Of a stretch of 64,000 nt of DNA, positions 8,113 through 19,715 are shown piece by piece. Source of the DNA: Wickerhamiella versatilis (taxonomy: Eukaryota); contig JAQOWU010000001.1 of the NCBI GenBank assembly GCA_030867685.1, positions 682,001 through 746,000 on the forward strand, written 5' to 3'. The notes beneath the pieces were generated by a model that worked only from the letters and a program-made list of their open reading frames with translations, was not told the origin of the DNA and searched no databases. The translations under genes and the position numbers were made by a program. How positions within the stretch are numbered: position 1 is the stretch's first letter; each line of letters begins with the position of its first letter.

Positions 8113-10131
8113 ATGTCGGATGATCTCAGCCCCATTAGGAGCGCTGCGCATTCTGCAAAAGAGGATCTAAAAAAAATCGACATTGCTCAGAGTCATGCAC
8201 CAAAATTTTACGATCCTGCACTTAATCCGGCTAATCAGCACGAATATCAAGAGCCTGCTCGTGGATTAAAGCCGCCTGGACCACCTCAACTTGAAGTTCC
8301 ACCAAGCACAGGGTCGCGGATTGAATTTGGAAAGGATGATATAGGAAAGGTGCGCGAAAAGGTAGAGAGTAATGACACCATTTCAACTCCAACTAATACG
8401 GAAGAAAATAATGAAAAACTTTTTCAGGAAGCATCTGACTCGATTGATGAAGCACAAGTTCGAGACATTGAGAGCCAAGAAAAGTCGCAACACTTGACAC
8501 CGCGTGATCGTCTCAAGCGATTGTACCGCCGGTATACCTGGGTGGTTGTTACATTTTGGGGTATCTTTTTCACAGCTTGGTGGGTATCTATCATAGCTCA
8601 AGATGATATGCGCCATAAATGGCTAATTCCTACGGTTCTATGGATTCTTTTCGAAATTCGCTTGATCACGTTGTACGTTCCTACACGCCCTTTACTTATG
8701 TGTGTTAATTGGGTGTGGAAACGTACGTTCATTGCGTGCCGTGACAAAATTCCGCGCAAATTTTGGACCCCTATTGAAGCTGTACTTGTTCTGATGACTA
8801 TTCTCGTTACGACATTTGCATCACCAGAAACAGATTCGTCCACGCTTAAGGATCGTGGTATCTCTTTCTTTGGCTATGTTGTATTTTATTTTGGATTTTT
8901 CTTGGCTTCCAATAATAAGAGTAAGATACAGTGGCACACGGTACTTGTCTGTATTTGGCTACAGTTTATCATTGGATTATTCGTACTCCGTACTAAAGCT
9001 GGTTATGACTTCTTCAATTGGATATCATTCATCGCTAGACGGCTTCTTCAATTTTCGCAAAATGGTGTCACCTTCCTTTCGAGTGAGGCATTTGCTAAAG
9101 GTGAAAAGCCATTCACTGCCGAATGGTTTATTGTCTCCACTCTTGCTTCACTGGTGTTTTTCGTTGCCTTTGTCCACATACTGTACTATTTTCATATTAT
9201 TCAGTGGTGTGTACGGAAAATTGGTGGCATTTGCTTCTGGCTTCTACGGATATCGGGATCGGAATCACTTGTGGTTGCGGCAACTCCTTTCTTTGGCCAG
9301 GGTGAGTGTGCTGTTCTAATCAAGCCTTTCCTTCCTCATGCAACAGAAGCAGAAATCTTCCAGTTTTCTGTGAGCTCATTTGCAACAATTGCGGGATCTG
9401 TACTCAACGGTTATATGTCCATGGGGGTACCCGGTCAAGCGTTGATCACTTCATGTGTGATGTCTATCCCGGCATCAGTTGCTGCTTCCAAGCTTGCCTA
9501 CCCGGAAACTGAAGAATCGTTGACAATGGACCAGGTTGTAATGCCTGAAGATCCGACAGAGGATTGTTATAACGTGATTCATGCTTTTTCAAATGGAGCT
9601 TGGCTGGGACTTCAGATTGCTTTTTCCATGGCGACAAACGTAATGTGCACAATTGCTATAGTGGCTCTCATTGACACCCTTCTTACATGGTTCGGCGGTT
9701 TCTGGAAGATTTACGACCCGGATCTCACACTTGAAGTCATCGGCGAATACTTATTTTACCCCGTCGCATGGCTTGTAGGTGTACAAGGGGGAGATATTTT
9801 GAAGACAGGCAAACTCATGGCTTACAAGATGGTTCAGAATGAATTTGTTGCCTATGCTCAATTGACAGCTAAAGACGGTGAATTCACTGGGATGGGGTTG
9901 AGATCCAAGATTCTGACGATGTATGCCATTTGCGGATTCTCGAACTTTGGTTCGATGGGTATTCAAATTGGTGTTCTTTCAGGGATGGCACCCAAACGTA
10001 AGGCGTCTATAGCGAAAGTCGTATTGCCTGCACTTTTCGTAGGTATGTTCTCCACTTTTTCATCAGCTGCTGTTGCTGGAATGGTAATGACAAACATATC
10101 GCAATATGCTGATACACTGGGTTTCAATTAG
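8113..10131 (+). CDS. CNT: Concentrative nucleoside transporter (CNT/SLC28), copy 1
   Basis: LQFIIGLFVLRTKAGYDFF, PFFGQGE, FATIAGSVL, SCVMSIPAS, NEFVAY, YAICGFSNFGSMGIQIG; ATG at 8113. Confidence 0.93.
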   Translation: MSDDLSPIRSAAHSAKEDLKKIDIAQSHAPKFYDPALNPANQHEYQEPARGLKPPGPPQLEVPPSTGSRIEFGKDDIGKVREKVESNDTISTPTNTEENNEKLFQEASDSIDEAQVRDIESQEKSQHLTPRDRLKRLYRRYTWVVVTFWGIFFTAWWVSIIAQDDMRHKWLIPTVLWILFEIRLITLYVPTRPLLMCVNWVWKRTFIACRDKIPRKFWTPIEAVLVLMTILVTTFASPETDSSTLKDRGISFFGYVVFYFGFFLASNNKSKIQWHTVLVCIWLQFIIGLFVLRTKAGYDFFNWISFIARRLLQFSQNGVTFLSSEAFAKGEKPFTAEWFIVSTLASLVFFVAFVHILYYFHIIQWCVRKIGGICFWLLRISGSESLVVAATPFFGQGECAVLIKPFLPHATEAEIFQFSVSSFATIAGSVLNGYMSMGVPGQALITSCVMSIPASVAASKLAYPETEESLTMDQVVMPEDPTEDCYNVIHAFSNGAWLGLQIAFSMATNVMCTIAIVALIDTLLTWFGGFWKIYDPDLTLEVIGEYLFYPVAWLVGVQGGDILKTGKLMAYKMVQNEFVAYAQLTAKDGEFTGMGLRSKILTMYAICGFSNFGSMGIQIGVLSGMAPKRKASIAKVVLPALFVGMFSTFSSAAVAGMVMTNISQYADTLGFN

Positions 10132-11369
10132 ACGATCATCACATCACATCACAGCACCAAATCTCTCGCATGTAAATATTAAGTATTTGTTCGAAACCTA
10201 TGTCAATTTTTTTAAGGTGTCAAGGCAGAGTGACTTAACTTTTAATGAAGACATGTATACAAGATCGCCCACTGTCTTGGCACAACTGTAGTTACTAACT
10301 TTACAACCACATTGGCTTGTAACGACATTCGGCAAGCCAGACTGGACCAGATGACCTGGTATAATATTTATGATATAGTCGCTAAACGTTTAATCTTTTG
10401 TTAAATTCTTCTGGACTCGAAAATTCTTAACATTTCCCATTTATAGTGCTTGTAAGATTTAAATTGTAGTGTTAACGAGTGGAAGCCGACCATTTCAATT
10501 AATTTGGATGATTTTGTAGAATCTAAATCGGAGTGCTGCAGTGGCTGGAATTTCATTATGAGCTAACCAAAGAGAAGACGGAAAAAATAACTCGGAAGCA
10601 TGCTAACCTCGCATTTCTGCTCTTTCTTTTTGATATCACAATTGGAAGCTTTTTTCGCGTAGCATTAAGTTCTGCTTCATCTCCTAAAAGTCGCCTGTGA
10701 AGCGTAAGTGCACATTTGACGTAAATGCGCAACTAAGAGTTATGAAGCGCTTGCTGATTTTAGATGTTGGAAACATTTGAGTTTCTCTCAGTCAGTATAA
10801 GAGATCTCTACTTTCCATTTTTTTTTGTCGATGATAATAATTGCCGCACAAAAAAATTGGAAATCCAATCTTTTACGAAATTTAATCTTTTACGAACTAT
10901 TACCTACAATTGCTATAGCGGTATAGACTGTAATTTAAGGGAATCATACGGCGAAGCGGCTTTAAGTGATGTTTTACATCTTTTGACTTGTCCAGATTGG
11001 ATTCTTTATCTATAGGGTTTGGGTATTTTATATTAGGTGATAACAGATTACCCACGGAAAATGGGCCACCCTCCCCCCTCCTCCGGCGAGACGGGGTTCT
11101 GTCTATAACTTCTAATACAAATGTTGTTCGTTGTGTCCGTAGATAAATGGCCTAGGAAATTAATATCAACCATGTGAGAGTGCTTCGGATAAACTGGAAT
11201 AGTAGCTTCCCATGGCTCTTGTACGGTGTCACAGTATAGAATCGCATTAGCAATGCCTTAACTACAATATGAGATAATGCGGTAGACACCCTTTCCCCAA
11301 TTATCTCATATCATTACTTAGACGCAGATTGATTGTAATAGAAATATTCCCTACGTCGCCTTTAGACCG

Positions 11370-13379
11370 ATGCCGGAAAATATCAGTCCCATCAAGAGTG
11401 CTGCGCATTCTGTAAAAGAGGATTTAAAAAAGCTCGACATTGCTCAGAGTCATACGGCAAAATCCTACGATCCGGCACTTAATCCGGCTAATCAGCACGA
11501 ATATCACGAGCCTGCTCATGGATTAAAGCCGCCTGGACCACCTGAACTTGAAGTTCCACCAAGTACTGGGTCGCGGATTGAATTTGGAAAGGATAATATA
11601 GGAGAATTACGTCGCCAAGATGAAGAGAGTGGTGGTTCATCTAATACAAAAAGCAGTGATGAAAAGAATCTTCGAGTAACAACTAGCTCGTTTGATGAAG
11701 GACAAGTTGGAGATATTGAGAGCCAAGAAAAGTCGCAACAGTTGACACCGCGTGATCGTCTCAAGCGGTTGTACCGCCGGTATACCTGGGTGGTTGTTAC
11801 ATTTTGGGGTATCTTTTTCACAGCTTGGTGGGTATCTATCATAGCTCAAGATGATATGCGCCATAAATGGCTAATTCCTACAGTTCTATGGATTCTTTTC
11901 GAAATTCGCTTGATCACGTTTTACGTTCCTACACGTCCTTTACTTATGTGTGTTAATTGGGTGTGGAAACGTACGTTCATTGCGTGCCGTGACAAAATTC
12001 CGCGCAAATTTTGGATTCCTATTGAAGCTGTCCTTGTTCTGATGACTATTCTCGTTACGACATTTGCATCACCAGAAACAGATTCGTCAACGCTTAAGGA
12101 TCGTGGTATCTCTTTCTTTGGCTATGTTGTATTTTATTTTGGATTTTTCTTGGCTTCCAATAATAAGAGTAAGATACAGTGGCACACGGTACTTGTCTGT
12201 ATTTGGCTACAGTTTATCATTGGATTATTCGTACTCCGTACTAAAGCTGGTTATGACTTCTTCAATTGGATATCATTCATCGCTAGACGGCTTCTTCAAT
12301 TTTCGCAAAATGGTGTCACCTTCCTTTCAAGTGAGGCATTTGCTAAAGGTGAAAAGCCATTCACTGCCGAATGGTTTGTTGTTTCTACCCTTGCTTCACT
12401 GGTGTTTTTCGTTGCCTTCGTCCACATACTGTACTATTTTCATATTATTCAGTGGTGTGTACGGAAAATTGGTGCTATTTGCTTCTGGCTGCTGCGGATA
12501 TCGGGGTCGGAATCACTTGTGGTTGCGGCAACTCCTTTCTTTGGCCAGGGTGAGTGTGCTGTTTTGATCAAGCCTTTCCTTCCTCATGCAACAGAAGCAG
12601 AAATCTTCCAGTTTTCTGTGAGCTCATTTGCAACAATTGCGGGATCTGTACTCAACGGTTATATGTCTATGGGGGTACCCGGTCAAGCGTTGATCACTTC
12701 ATGTGTGATGTCTATCCCGGCATCAGTTGCTGCTTCCAAGCTTGCTTACCCGGAAACTGAAGAATCGTTAACAATGGACCAGCTTGTAATGCCTGAAGAT
12801 CCGACAGAGGACTGTTATAACGTGGTTCATGCTTTTTCAAATGGAGCTTGGCTGGGACTTCAGATTGCTTTTTCCATGGCGACAAACGTAATGTGCACAA
12901 TTGCTATAGTGGCTCTCATTGACACTCTTCTTACGTGGTTTGGTGGTTTCTGGAAGATTTACGACCCGGACCTCACACTTGAAGTCATCGGCGAATACTT
13001 ATTTTACCCCGTCGCATGGCTTGTAGGTGTCCAAGGGGGAGATCTTTTGAAGACAGGCAAACTCATGGCTTACAAGATGGTTCAGAATGAATTTGTTGCC
13101 TATTCTCTGTTGACAGCTAAAGACGGTGAATTCACTGGGATGGGGTTGAGATCCAAGATTCTGACGATGTATGCCATTTGTGGATTCTCGAACTTTGGTT
13201 CGATGGGTATTCAAATTGGTGTTCTTTCAGGGATGGCACCCAAACGTAAGGCGTCTATAGCAGCAGTCGTACTGCCTGCACTTTTCGTAGGTATGTTCTC
13301 CACTTTTTCATCAGCTGCTGTTGCTGGAATGGTAATGACAAACCTATCGCAATATGCTGATACCCTCGGTTTCCATTAG
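11370..13379 (+). CDS. CNT: Concentrative nucleoside transporter (CNT/SLC28), copy 2 (tandem paralog)
   Basis: Same motifs as copy 1; near-identical DNA over the membrane domain. Confidence 0.93.
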   Translation: MPENISPIKSAAHSVKEDLKKLDIAQSHTAKSYDPALNPANQHEYHEPAHGLKPPGPPELEVPPSTGSRIEFGKDNIGELRRQDEESGGSSNTKSSDEKNLRVTTSSFDEGQVGDIESQEKSQQLTPRDRLKRLYRRYTWVVVTFWGIFFTAWWVSIIAQDDMRHKWLIPTVLWILFEIRLITFYVPTRPLLMCVNWVWKRTFIACRDKIPRKFWIPIEAVLVLMTILVTTFASPETDSSTLKDRGISFFGYVVFYFGFFLASNNKSKIQWHTVLVCIWLQFIIGLFVLRTKAGYDFFNWISFIARRLLQFSQNGVTFLSSEAFAKGEKPFTAEWFVVSTLASLVFFVAFVHILYYFHIIQWCVRKIGAICFWLLRISGSESLVVAATPFFGQGECAVLIKPFLPHATEAEIFQFSVSSFATIAGSVLNGYMSMGVPGQALITSCVMSIPASVAASKLAYPETEESLTMDQLVMPEDPTEDCYNVVHAFSNGAWLGLQIAFSMATNVMCTIAIVALIDTLLTWFGGFWKIYDPDLTLEVIGEYLFYPVAWLVGVQGGDLLKTGKLMAYKMVQNEFVAYSLLTAKDGEFTGMGLRSKILTMYAICGFSNFGSMGIQIGVLSGMAPKRKASIAAVVLPALFVGMFSTFSSAAVAGMVMTNLSQYADTLGFH

Positions 13380-13475
13380 ACAGCCACTACATCAATAATC
13401 GCCTATATAAAATATTAAGTATTTTTTTTTGTTGAAAGCCTGAACCATTATTTTTAAAGTAGAAATGCAACGTTA

Positions 13476-13694
13476 TTAAAGTACTTGCAAAGATAATACT
13501 GATACTCCTCGAATGACTGTCGTTCCTAGTTTTGCGGGTGTGCTTGACGTCTCATCATAAGCGTCTTCCAGGACTACATTAAGGAACAAGTCAAAGCCCT
13601 TGAGAACACCTACCACCACTCTTGACCCCCCTATTTGCAACGACACACGCTTGCTGAGATATTGAGCGAGATCTGGGCCAGGTGACTTGGCCAT
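13476..13694 (-). CDS. SMX2: snRNP core protein SmG
   Basis: PDLAQYLSKRVSLQIGGSRVVVGVLKGFDLFLNVVLEDA...VIRG: Sm1 and Sm2 motifs of SmG type. Confidence 0.8.
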   Translation of the reverse strand: MAKSPGPDLAQYLSKRVSLQIGGSRVVVGVLKGFDLFLNVVLEDAYDETSSTPAKLGTTVIRGVSVLSLQVL

Positions 13695-14044
13695 AATATG
13701 CTTATGTCATGCACGCGATTTGTCCTTTAACCCTCAGGCGAGGCATATCATATCTGGTACTGGAATTAGACTGAACTGGTTTCAGGTTTTTAATTATCTT
13801 CTACACTAAGTATCTAGTTTCAATTTCACTTTATATTTCCAGTAAAAATAATGAAAGAAGAAAGATTAAAGCATTCGTCTTTGAACCAAATGTCAAGTTC
13901 ACTAAATATTATAGCTCATAAGTGGAGAGTCTTCGACTGATGCTGATTCCTGCGAACTTTTGCCTAATTCAATCCAGATGAACAAAGAAGCCAGTTTAAC
14001 CTCAGCTTATTCAGCCGCGTTTCGTTGAACCCTGTGGGACTGTG

Positions 14045-16300
14045 ATGAGGCTGACCCACTGGCTGTGTAGCATTAAACTTATATGCGCGAGTCAGTCTAT
14101 TTGGGAACGCTCGTATGAAGCACATCCTTTCTCCTCTCCGCGTGATGAGGATAAAGATTATTTTGTTGCTGATATTTCTGACCCAGCAAATGCTCCGGAC
14201 TGGCAGCTTGAAGAGCCTATGCCTATTCGTGATCATTGGCTCTTCAGTGTAAAGAAGGGGACAGTACGTAGGAGCCTACCTGACTGTAGAATATACGATG
14301 TGCGTCAGAAGCGTCTTCAAAAACGGGCCCCTGTTCCATCTGTGGAGCAAGTGATGGAGGAATTCAATATAACAGACCCTTTATTCAGAGATCAGTGGCA
14401 CATTGTAAATAGTAATGAGCCAGGACATGACATGAACGTCGTGGAATTATGGCGTCGTAATATTACGGGTAATGGTGTAACTGTGGCTATTGTCGATGAC
14501 GGGCTAGACTTTCGGCACCCAGATTTTGCTCGCAGCTTCAGCAAGGAAGGCTCTTGGGACTATAACGTGCATCGAAATCTGCCGGATCCTGAGTTAGATG
14601 TTGATTCCCATGGAACAAGATGCGCTGGTGAGATATCAGCTGATGAGAACTCATTTTGCGGGGTGGGTATTGCTCCAAACGCAAAAGTCTCCGGTATCAG
14701 GATATTGAGTGGAACGCTACTTGAAAGTGACGAGGCACGGGCACTTTTGCATGCAATGCAAGTCAACTACATCTACTCTTGTTCATGGGGTCCTTCCGAC
14801 GATGGGAAAACTATAGAGGGTCCACCCAGTATTGTGAAGCGGGCTGAGGTTGCGGGAATAGAAGAAGGAAGAGGTGGTTTAGGATCTATCTATGTTGTGG
14901 CGAGTGGAAATGGCGCCTTCAATGGTGACAACTGCAACTACGATGGTTATACGAATTCAATTTACTCAATAACTGTTGGTGCGATTGATCGGAAAAACAA
15001 ACTTCCTTATTATGCGGAGTCATGCTCCGCAAATATGGTTGTAACATACTCATCGAACTATGTGGATAAAATAACGACTTCAGACAGGAATGATCCACTT
15101 CATCCAGAAGATATCAAATGCACGAATCAGCATAGTGGTACCTCTGCAGCGGCACCAATAGCAGCTGGAGTTCTGGCACTGCTATTAGAGTATCGCCCTG
15201 ACCTCACTTGGAGGGATGTGCAATATCTCGTTCGTAACTCAGCGAAAGAATTTGATACTGATTCGAAATGGCAAACTACGGCAGATGGAAAAAAATACCA
15301 TAATTCTTTCGGTTATGGATTACTTGATGGTGTTTCCTTGATTGAAAATGCTAAGGACTGGAAACTTGTAAAACCCCAGACTTGGCTAATAGGTGGCAGG
15401 AATGAAGTAAATCTACCCATAAAGAATGAATGGCAAGAAGTAGAGTATGAAGTCACAAAAGAAGCATGGGATAGTCAAGATTTGGAAAGGATAGAGCATG
15501 TTCGTGTACTTGTGGATTATCAACATGATGTCCGGGGTTCACTAACATTCCAATTGCAGAGCCCATCAGGGATTGTAAGTGAACTTGTTGCTCCTCGGGG
15601 CAGAGATAGGTACTCTGACCCTGTGAAAAACTGGTATTTTATGAGTCTTGTGCATTGGGGTGAGAATGGGGTTGGTACGTGGAAACTTCGCATTCATAGC
15701 TTGTCAGATGCTAGTGGTACTCTGAACGCATGGCAACTCAAGCTTTTCGGGGAGGCCCGTGATCCTTCGAAGGTGAGAAGATACTCAGACGTTTGGGATG
15801 AATATGAGCCGCCTGCACAGTACATTCCTGATGATTTTACTTATAGCACTACGGCTACGGCCGGAGAGAAGGAACCAGAAAGTTCTTCGGTGCAGATAGA
15901 GAGCTCTGTTTATACTCCTATTGTCACGAGTGCTAGAAGCAGCCCATCTCTACCCACTGCCACCAGCCCCGAAAAACCGAGCTCTGGTTCAGAGGAGGAG
16001 GAACATGAATCTTCTCATCACAGCTTACTTTTCTACTTAACTGTCTCGGCTATCGGAATCGCAATTATTGCAATCGTTGTGCTACCAATTTTATGGTGCT
16101 TAGCTCGTCGACGGACAGACAACCTCGTCGATCCTAGCGATTTCGCGCTGATGCCTGAGGATGTTGAGTTAGATAACTATAACGACGATAATTATTCTAT
16201 TGCTGACTCGGAGGATGATGATGGGGGTCGTCATGATGATACAAATCATGACAGATCTAACCTTTTAGCTTCAAATGACCATCTGGATGCAACACCATAG
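14045..16300 (+). CDS. KEX2: Kexin proprotein convertase
   Basis: Propeptide ending LQKR; catalytic VDDG, HGTRCAGE, GTSAAAP; P domain, Ser/Thr stalk, TM helix, acidic tail. Confidence 0.95.
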   Translation: MRLTHWLCSIKLICASQSIWERSYEAHPFSSPRDEDKDYFVADISDPANAPDWQLEEPMPIRDHWLFSVKKGTVRRSLPDCRIYDVRQKRLQKRAPVPSVEQVMEEFNITDPLFRDQWHIVNSNEPGHDMNVVELWRRNITGNGVTVAIVDDGLDFRHPDFARSFSKEGSWDYNVHRNLPDPELDVDSHGTRCAGEISADENSFCGVGIAPNAKVSGIRILSGTLLESDEARALLHAMQVNYIYSCSWGPSDDGKTIEGPPSIVKRAEVAGIEEGRGGLGSIYVVASGNGAFNGDNCNYDGYTNSIYSITVGAIDRKNKLPYYAESCSANMVVTYSSNYVDKITTSDRNDPLHPEDIKCTNQHSGTSAAAPIAAGVLALLLEYRPDLTWRDVQYLVRNSAKEFDTDSKWQTTADGKKYHNSFGYGLLDGVSLIENAKDWKLVKPQTWLIGGRNEVNLPIKNEWQEVEYEVTKEAWDSQDLERIEHVRVLVDYQHDVRGSLTFQLQSPSGIVSELVAPRGRDRYSDPVKNWYFMSLVHWGENGVGTWKLRIHSLSDASGTLNAWQLKLFGEARDPSKVRRYSDVWDEYEPPAQYIPDDFTYSTTATAGEKEPESSSVQIESSVYTPIVTSARSSPSLPTATSPEKPSSGSEEEEHESSHHSLLFYLTVSAIGIAIIAIVVLPILWCLARRRTDNLVDPSDFALMPEDVELDNYNDDNYSIADSEDDDGGRHDDTNHDRSNLLASNDHLDATP

Positions 16301-16522
16301 AAAATACAGTATATCAGTAGCATTTCATGGGGTAATTAGATTATTTAGCAGGAAAATAAGAATTGAAGTCATGCGCGCGATACAGGCTACTGATGCAATT
16401 ACTTTTATTACTTCCTCATCTGGATGGTTTATCTATTCTGGGAATGCATATTGTTTGTAATATGTAGCGCGGTTTGGATCTATTACATAATCCAAATTCA
16501 CGTGGGTGAGCAACATTTGATC

Positions 16523-18586
16523 ATGCTGTTTTCTTCGAAGTTAAGCCAAGGTATTTATCCACCGTGGCGGAAGCAATATCTTGCTTATGATAAAATTAAG
16601 CGACTTTTGAAAGACAGTGATGATGAATGGTCCGAAAATGATGAGAGCCACTTTGTGCAGGAGCTTGACCAAGAATTGGACAAGGTTTACGGCTTTGAAA
16701 AAAGCACTTACGAAAAATTATCAAAGCGACTCGAGGCAATAGATAATACTATTGATACCTCCGAACATTTTGATCGTGCGGACATTGAACAGCGACTTGA
16801 GGAGATTCTGGAGGAGGCCACTCAACTCGATCGTTTCCGTCGCTTAAATTACACTGGTTTCTCCAAGATTGTGAAGCTGCATGACAAGCATCATGCTAGG
16901 TATCAGGTGCGCCCGCTGCTGCGTGCAAGACTTAATGCGCAGCCTCACCATACTGAAGACTACTCGCCGCTACTCCATCATATAAGCCAGCTATATACAC
17001 AGATTGGATCTGATGCTGGGGCACAATCAGTCCAATCATTAAGAAATGGAGAGCAGCCTCAAGATGGCTTTACAACATTGCAGTTCTGGGTTCATCCCGA
17101 CAATCTCATGGAAGTGAAAACCCGAATCTTGCGACGTCTCCCAGTACTTGTATATAATACTGAGGAAAATGACGAAGATTCCAGTGGTAGAGATCCTACA
17201 GTAACTTCTCTTTATCTGGATAACAGCCACTTTGAACTCTATGAGAGCCAACTGATGAAGCGGCAAACTGTTCCAACTTCACTGCGGTTTAGATGGTATG
17301 GCCATCTTTATGAGAAGCCTGATATTGTACTGGAGCAGCAAAATGAAGAAGATGGCCGTATCACTCGTATCACACTCAAGGACAAGACAATCGATTCATT
17401 TTTGGCTGGAGATACGAAACTGATAAAGCGTCAGGGCGCCAAATTGCAGCAGCGTAATGTGCCAGAAAGTGAAATAAAAAACTATGAGGACAGTGCTAAT
17501 GAGCTGCAGGAGTTTGTTACGAACCACAAGTTGGAACCAATGCTTCGGACTGTTTATAGGCGTGCTGCCTTTGAAATTCCAGGTGATGATCGGGTGCGTA
17601 TGATTCTCGACTCAGATATCCTGTTTATTCGGGAAGATACACTCAATAAATCACTCCCTATTCGTGACCCAGCTCATTGGCGACGAACTGACCTTGACCA
17701 ACCGAATGTTAATCTTGCCAGTTTGTTGCGAAAAGGTGAGTACGCACGATTCCCTTACTCGGTATTAGAGGTAAGGCTTCATAACAAGGTGAATGAGAGA
17801 CCGACCTGGATTGAGGAATTGAAAGCGTCTGGTCTAGTTCGCGAGGTTCCACATTTCACCAAGTTCTTGCAGGGTGTTGCTGTACTGTATGGCGAGGATG
17901 AGCGACTAGATAGTCTGCCTTTCTGGCTCAACGATCTGGAAGAGGCTGGAAGTGGGTCTGCACATGGCCATCAACATGGTGGTGACCCGAGCCAACAGGG
18001 CCAGAGTACAACAAAGTACCCAGTAACAACTTACAGATTCGATGAGGATTTGGATGAAGATGAGGATTTTGAGGAGTCAGAGGACTCAGGTATTGTGGAA
18101 GACGAATCACCGGGACCCGTTGACCCTGAGCAAACTGTCGGATTGCCTACTTGGACTAACTCAAAACTTGACCAGGATTCCGAAGACGAAGAGGTTGTAT
18201 TGCCACCAGGAGTTCATAGTCCCAGTGAATGGCTTAAGAACAGTACACCAGTCAAGATCGAGGCTAAGGTATGGCTTGCAAATGAAAGAACATTCAACAA
18301 GTGGCTCCATATTACGGTTCTTCTAAGCGCGTTGACGTTCACTCTCTATTCATCCGTCTCGAAAGCTGCTTCTCCCCATACTGCAACAATAGTGGCCTAC
18401 ATTTTGTTTGCGTTGACGTTATTTAGTGGGGCATGGGGCTATACCCAGTACTTGACCCGTATGCACTATATCAGAGAGCGCAGTGAGCGCCCATTGGATA
18501 ATCCTCTTGGTCCTCTTATAGTTTCCGGAGGACTCCTTTTCGCACTAATCGTGAATTTCTCGTCTAAGTATTGGGTAATGACATAG
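16523..18586 (+). CDS. VTC2: Vacuolar transporter chaperone Vtc2/Vtc3 (SPX-VTC-TM)
   Basis: MLFSSKL...YLAYDKIK SPX domain, LNYTGFSKIVK, FWVHPDNLMEVKTRILRRLP, KIEAKVWLANERTF. Confidence 0.88.
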   Translation: MLFSSKLSQGIYPPWRKQYLAYDKIKRLLKDSDDEWSENDESHFVQELDQELDKVYGFEKSTYEKLSKRLEAIDNTIDTSEHFDRADIEQRLEEILEEATQLDRFRRLNYTGFSKIVKLHDKHHARYQVRPLLRARLNAQPHHTEDYSPLLHHISQLYTQIGSDAGAQSVQSLRNGEQPQDGFTTLQFWVHPDNLMEVKTRILRRLPVLVYNTEENDEDSSGRDPTVTSLYLDNSHFELYESQLMKRQTVPTSLRFRWYGHLYEKPDIVLEQQNEEDGRITRITLKDKTIDSFLAGDTKLIKRQGAKLQQRNVPESEIKNYEDSANELQEFVTNHKLEPMLRTVYRRAAFEIPGDDRVRMILDSDILFIREDTLNKSLPIRDPAHWRRTDLDQPNVNLASLLRKGEYARFPYSVLEVRLHNKVNERPTWIEELKASGLVREVPHFTKFLQGVAVLYGEDERLDSLPFWLNDLEEAGSGSAHGHQHGGDPSQQGQSTTKYPVTTYRFDEDLDEDEDFEESEDSGIVEDESPGPVDPEQTVGLPTWTNSKLDQDSEDEEVVLPPGVHSPSEWLKNSTPVKIEAKVWLANERTFNKWLHITVLLSALTFTLYSSVSKAASPHTATIVAYILFALTLFSGAWGYTQYLTRMHYIRERSERPLDNPLGPLIVSGGLLFALIVNFSSKYWVMT

Positions 18587-18617
18587 TAAAATGTAGGTAG
18601 GCTTACAGTGTGATACA

Positions 18618-19715
18618 TCATCTTCGTTTATACAGACAAGGCTTTAGTAGTGGCTTCTCGGGAAGTTCGGACTGGGTCTTAGGTTTACCCATGTTGGTAA
18701 ATTCAAACCTCACAAACATTTTGTTGCTATCATCTGTGCTTTTGTGTTTGAGTCCAAGGGATTGAAGCACGGCAATAAAATTAGAGTAATCTTCATCATC
18801 GAACCTAGACTTGATTTCAGCAATCCACATTTCTCCTCGAGGCTTTAAAATTCGGAGACCCTCCTTAAGAAAGTCAATGGTGTTTGTGCCCATCAAAGCA
18901 AGGCAATACACAACCAAGTGGCAACTCATTGGTGGCAGGGGCACATTCGCGATGTCTGCAACAGTAATTCGGTCATTGCCCTTTGCCAAGTCAAAGCTGT
19001 GAGTTGTAAACTTAGCCTTTTTAGATTTTGAGGATCCCTTAACGCGAGAAAGTTGCAAAGCCAACTCAGCCTCTCCACATCCCATGTCGGCAACAACAAT
19101 TTCACCTGACTTTTCGGCGGGGAGACCACCTGGGGCATTCAAAGGCTTTAAAAGGCGCTGCTTAAATTCAGTCACCATTGTGTCAATTGGATTTTCGGGC
19201 CATGTTTCCACTTGATGACGAAACCCTTGATGGTACTCCGCGAAAACCTCAGGCTGCTTCTTGAATAGTTCAAGTGCCTGAGGGCTCTGCGTTGTGTAAA
19301 GCTGCTCATTAATCCACCGGAACCTTGCACCATGCAGCTTTTGCTGCATCTTCTGTTGCAGAGGGGTGAGCTTTTTAGCAGGCTGCTGGGCCACCGCCGT
19401 CTGTTTTACACTAGTCTCCCCTGGACTACCAGCCTGTTGATTGTGTGTGGCCTTAGGCTTTGAATTCTCTACTGGAACATTCTTCTTTCTCTTCTTTTTA
19501 TCTTTGCTTGGAATATCAGGAGGTTGCGATGACGGTTGTGTCTCCCGTGGATGTTTCTTGCCAGAACTAACATTGCCAGCGCTTGGCGCACCCTTTAATT
19601 CTTTCATGAGACCTTGGATCTCATCTGAAGAAATTTCAGGTGGCCGCTGGCTTTTTGGTGTTCTCTGTCCACCCTTTTTTATCTGAGTCGGCAGCTCGAG
19701 ATCAACTTTGAACAT
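18618..19715 (-). CDS. RRP8: 25S rRNA m1A methyltransferase Rrp8
   Basis: GARFRWINEQLYT, YHQGFRHQV, VADMGCGEA, CLALMGTN, LLKPCLYKRR. Confidence 0.95.
   Translation of the reverse strand: MFKVDLELPTQIKKGGQRTPKSQRPPEISSDEIQGLMKELKGAPSAGNVSSGKKHPRETQPSSQPPDIPSKDKKKRKKNVPVENSKPKATHNQQAGSPGETSVKQTAVAQQPAKKLTPLQQKMQQKLHGARFRWINEQLYTTQSPQALELFKKQPEVFAEYHQGFRHQVETWPENPIDTMVTEFKQRLLKPLNAPGGLPAEKSGEIVVADMGCGEAELALQLSRVKGSSKSKKAKFTTHSFDLAKGNDRITVADIANVPLPPMSCHLVVYCLALMGTNTIDFLKEGLRILKPRGEMWIAEIKSRFDDEDYSNFIAVLQSLGLKHKSTDDSNKMFVRFEFTNMGKPKTQSELPEKPLLKPCLYKRR

Noticed and set aside
10764-11015. 83-aa ORF between the CNT copies
   Set aside because: AT-rich promoter-like sequence, no recognisable motif
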